The notes beneath the pieces are model-generated. The model saw only the letters and a program-made list of their open reading frames with translations, searched no databases and was not told the DNA's origin. A stretch of DNA of 64,000 nucleotides from Lama guanicoe. Taxonomy: Eukaryota. A program made the position numbers and the translations under genes. The stretch is taken from NCBI GenBank assembly GCA_013239625.1, contig MU053431.1:372001-436000 (forward strand), given 5' to 3'. Each line of letters opens with the position of its first letter. Within the stretch, counting starts at the first letter, position 1. This document shows, piece after piece, positions 63,618 to 64,000 of the stretch.

Positions 63618-64000
63618 GAAGCGTCCCGCCTCCCGTCCAGGGCTTTCTCGACAGCACCGTGATGCCCGCAGAGCAGCTCTGTGTGTGGACCCTCCTCTCG
63701 GGCGCCCTCCTGTGACGGGCCGTCGTGTTCTGTTAGGACTGGGACTGCCTGCAGACAAATGCCCCCACTGAAGGCCGGCTGAGGGGACAGCGGGCAGAAA
63801 GGCCCCCCACCCGGTGAGCGGCAGCCCGGCGTTCCTGCCCTGGTAACTGGCCCCTCCGGCAATCTCCGAATCTTTTGTTTGCGTCTCCGCAGTGTTCTTT
63901 GTTGTTTTCTCTAAAGCAAGGAGTGTCCTGAGAGACAGCTGGGACGCCTGTACGAGCAATATGCTTGCCTCCCGACTCCGCCGTGGCATCGCCCTGTCCT

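Larger units (their letters stand above)
8528..64000 (+). pseudogene. Decayed multi-exon dystrophin/utrophin-family paralog (CH domains, spectrin repeats, WW, possible EF-hand start); probably continues beyond the window
   Basis: About 25 colinear + strand segments with stops and frameshifts resemble remembered UTRN/DMD motifs in order: YCIAFNKLLT (YQIALEEVLT), LQLG, ERLTAVW (ERWTAVC), KITADS (KINSDS), CQRSLSTLL (CQRELTNLL), RLSALWALWHEVR (RLCVLNAGWSRVR), DELD, FPW/EHSI (LPWQRSI). Many start after a polypyrimidine-AG. Confidence 0.8.

Noticed and set aside
8528..64000. Calling the locus functional UTRN, DMD or DRP2
   Set aside because: Pervasive stops, frameshifts and exonic LTR insertions, and divergence far beyond that of these conserved genes. 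No gene symbol assigned.

Overview
Mammalian nuclear DNA. It is GC/CpG-rich and probably camelid: it has short L1 3' tails of the alpaca/camel type and I saw no Alu, Bov-tA, PRE1 or CHR SINEs. I found no intact protein-coding gene, and almost all tracked ORFs are chance GC-rich ORFs or decayed repeats. Ancient eutherian repeats are abundant (MIR, L2, L1M/HAL1, MLT1/MLT2, MER77, MER89, MER5A, MER20, MER58). The main result: between the repeats, about 25 frameshifted + strand segments, many with splice-like boundaries, translate to dystrophin/utrophin-family motifs. They fall in the expected order across about 9.9-63 kb: CH2 actin-binding domain, a run of spectrin repeats, the WW domain, and possibly the EF-hand start. 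This looks like a long-dead, compact utrophin/dystrophin paralog (unitary pseudogene), with ancient LTRs inserted inside its former exons. All protein and repeat comparisons were made by eye against remembered sequences. Boundaries are approximate and need tblastn/HMM and RepeatMasker confirmation.
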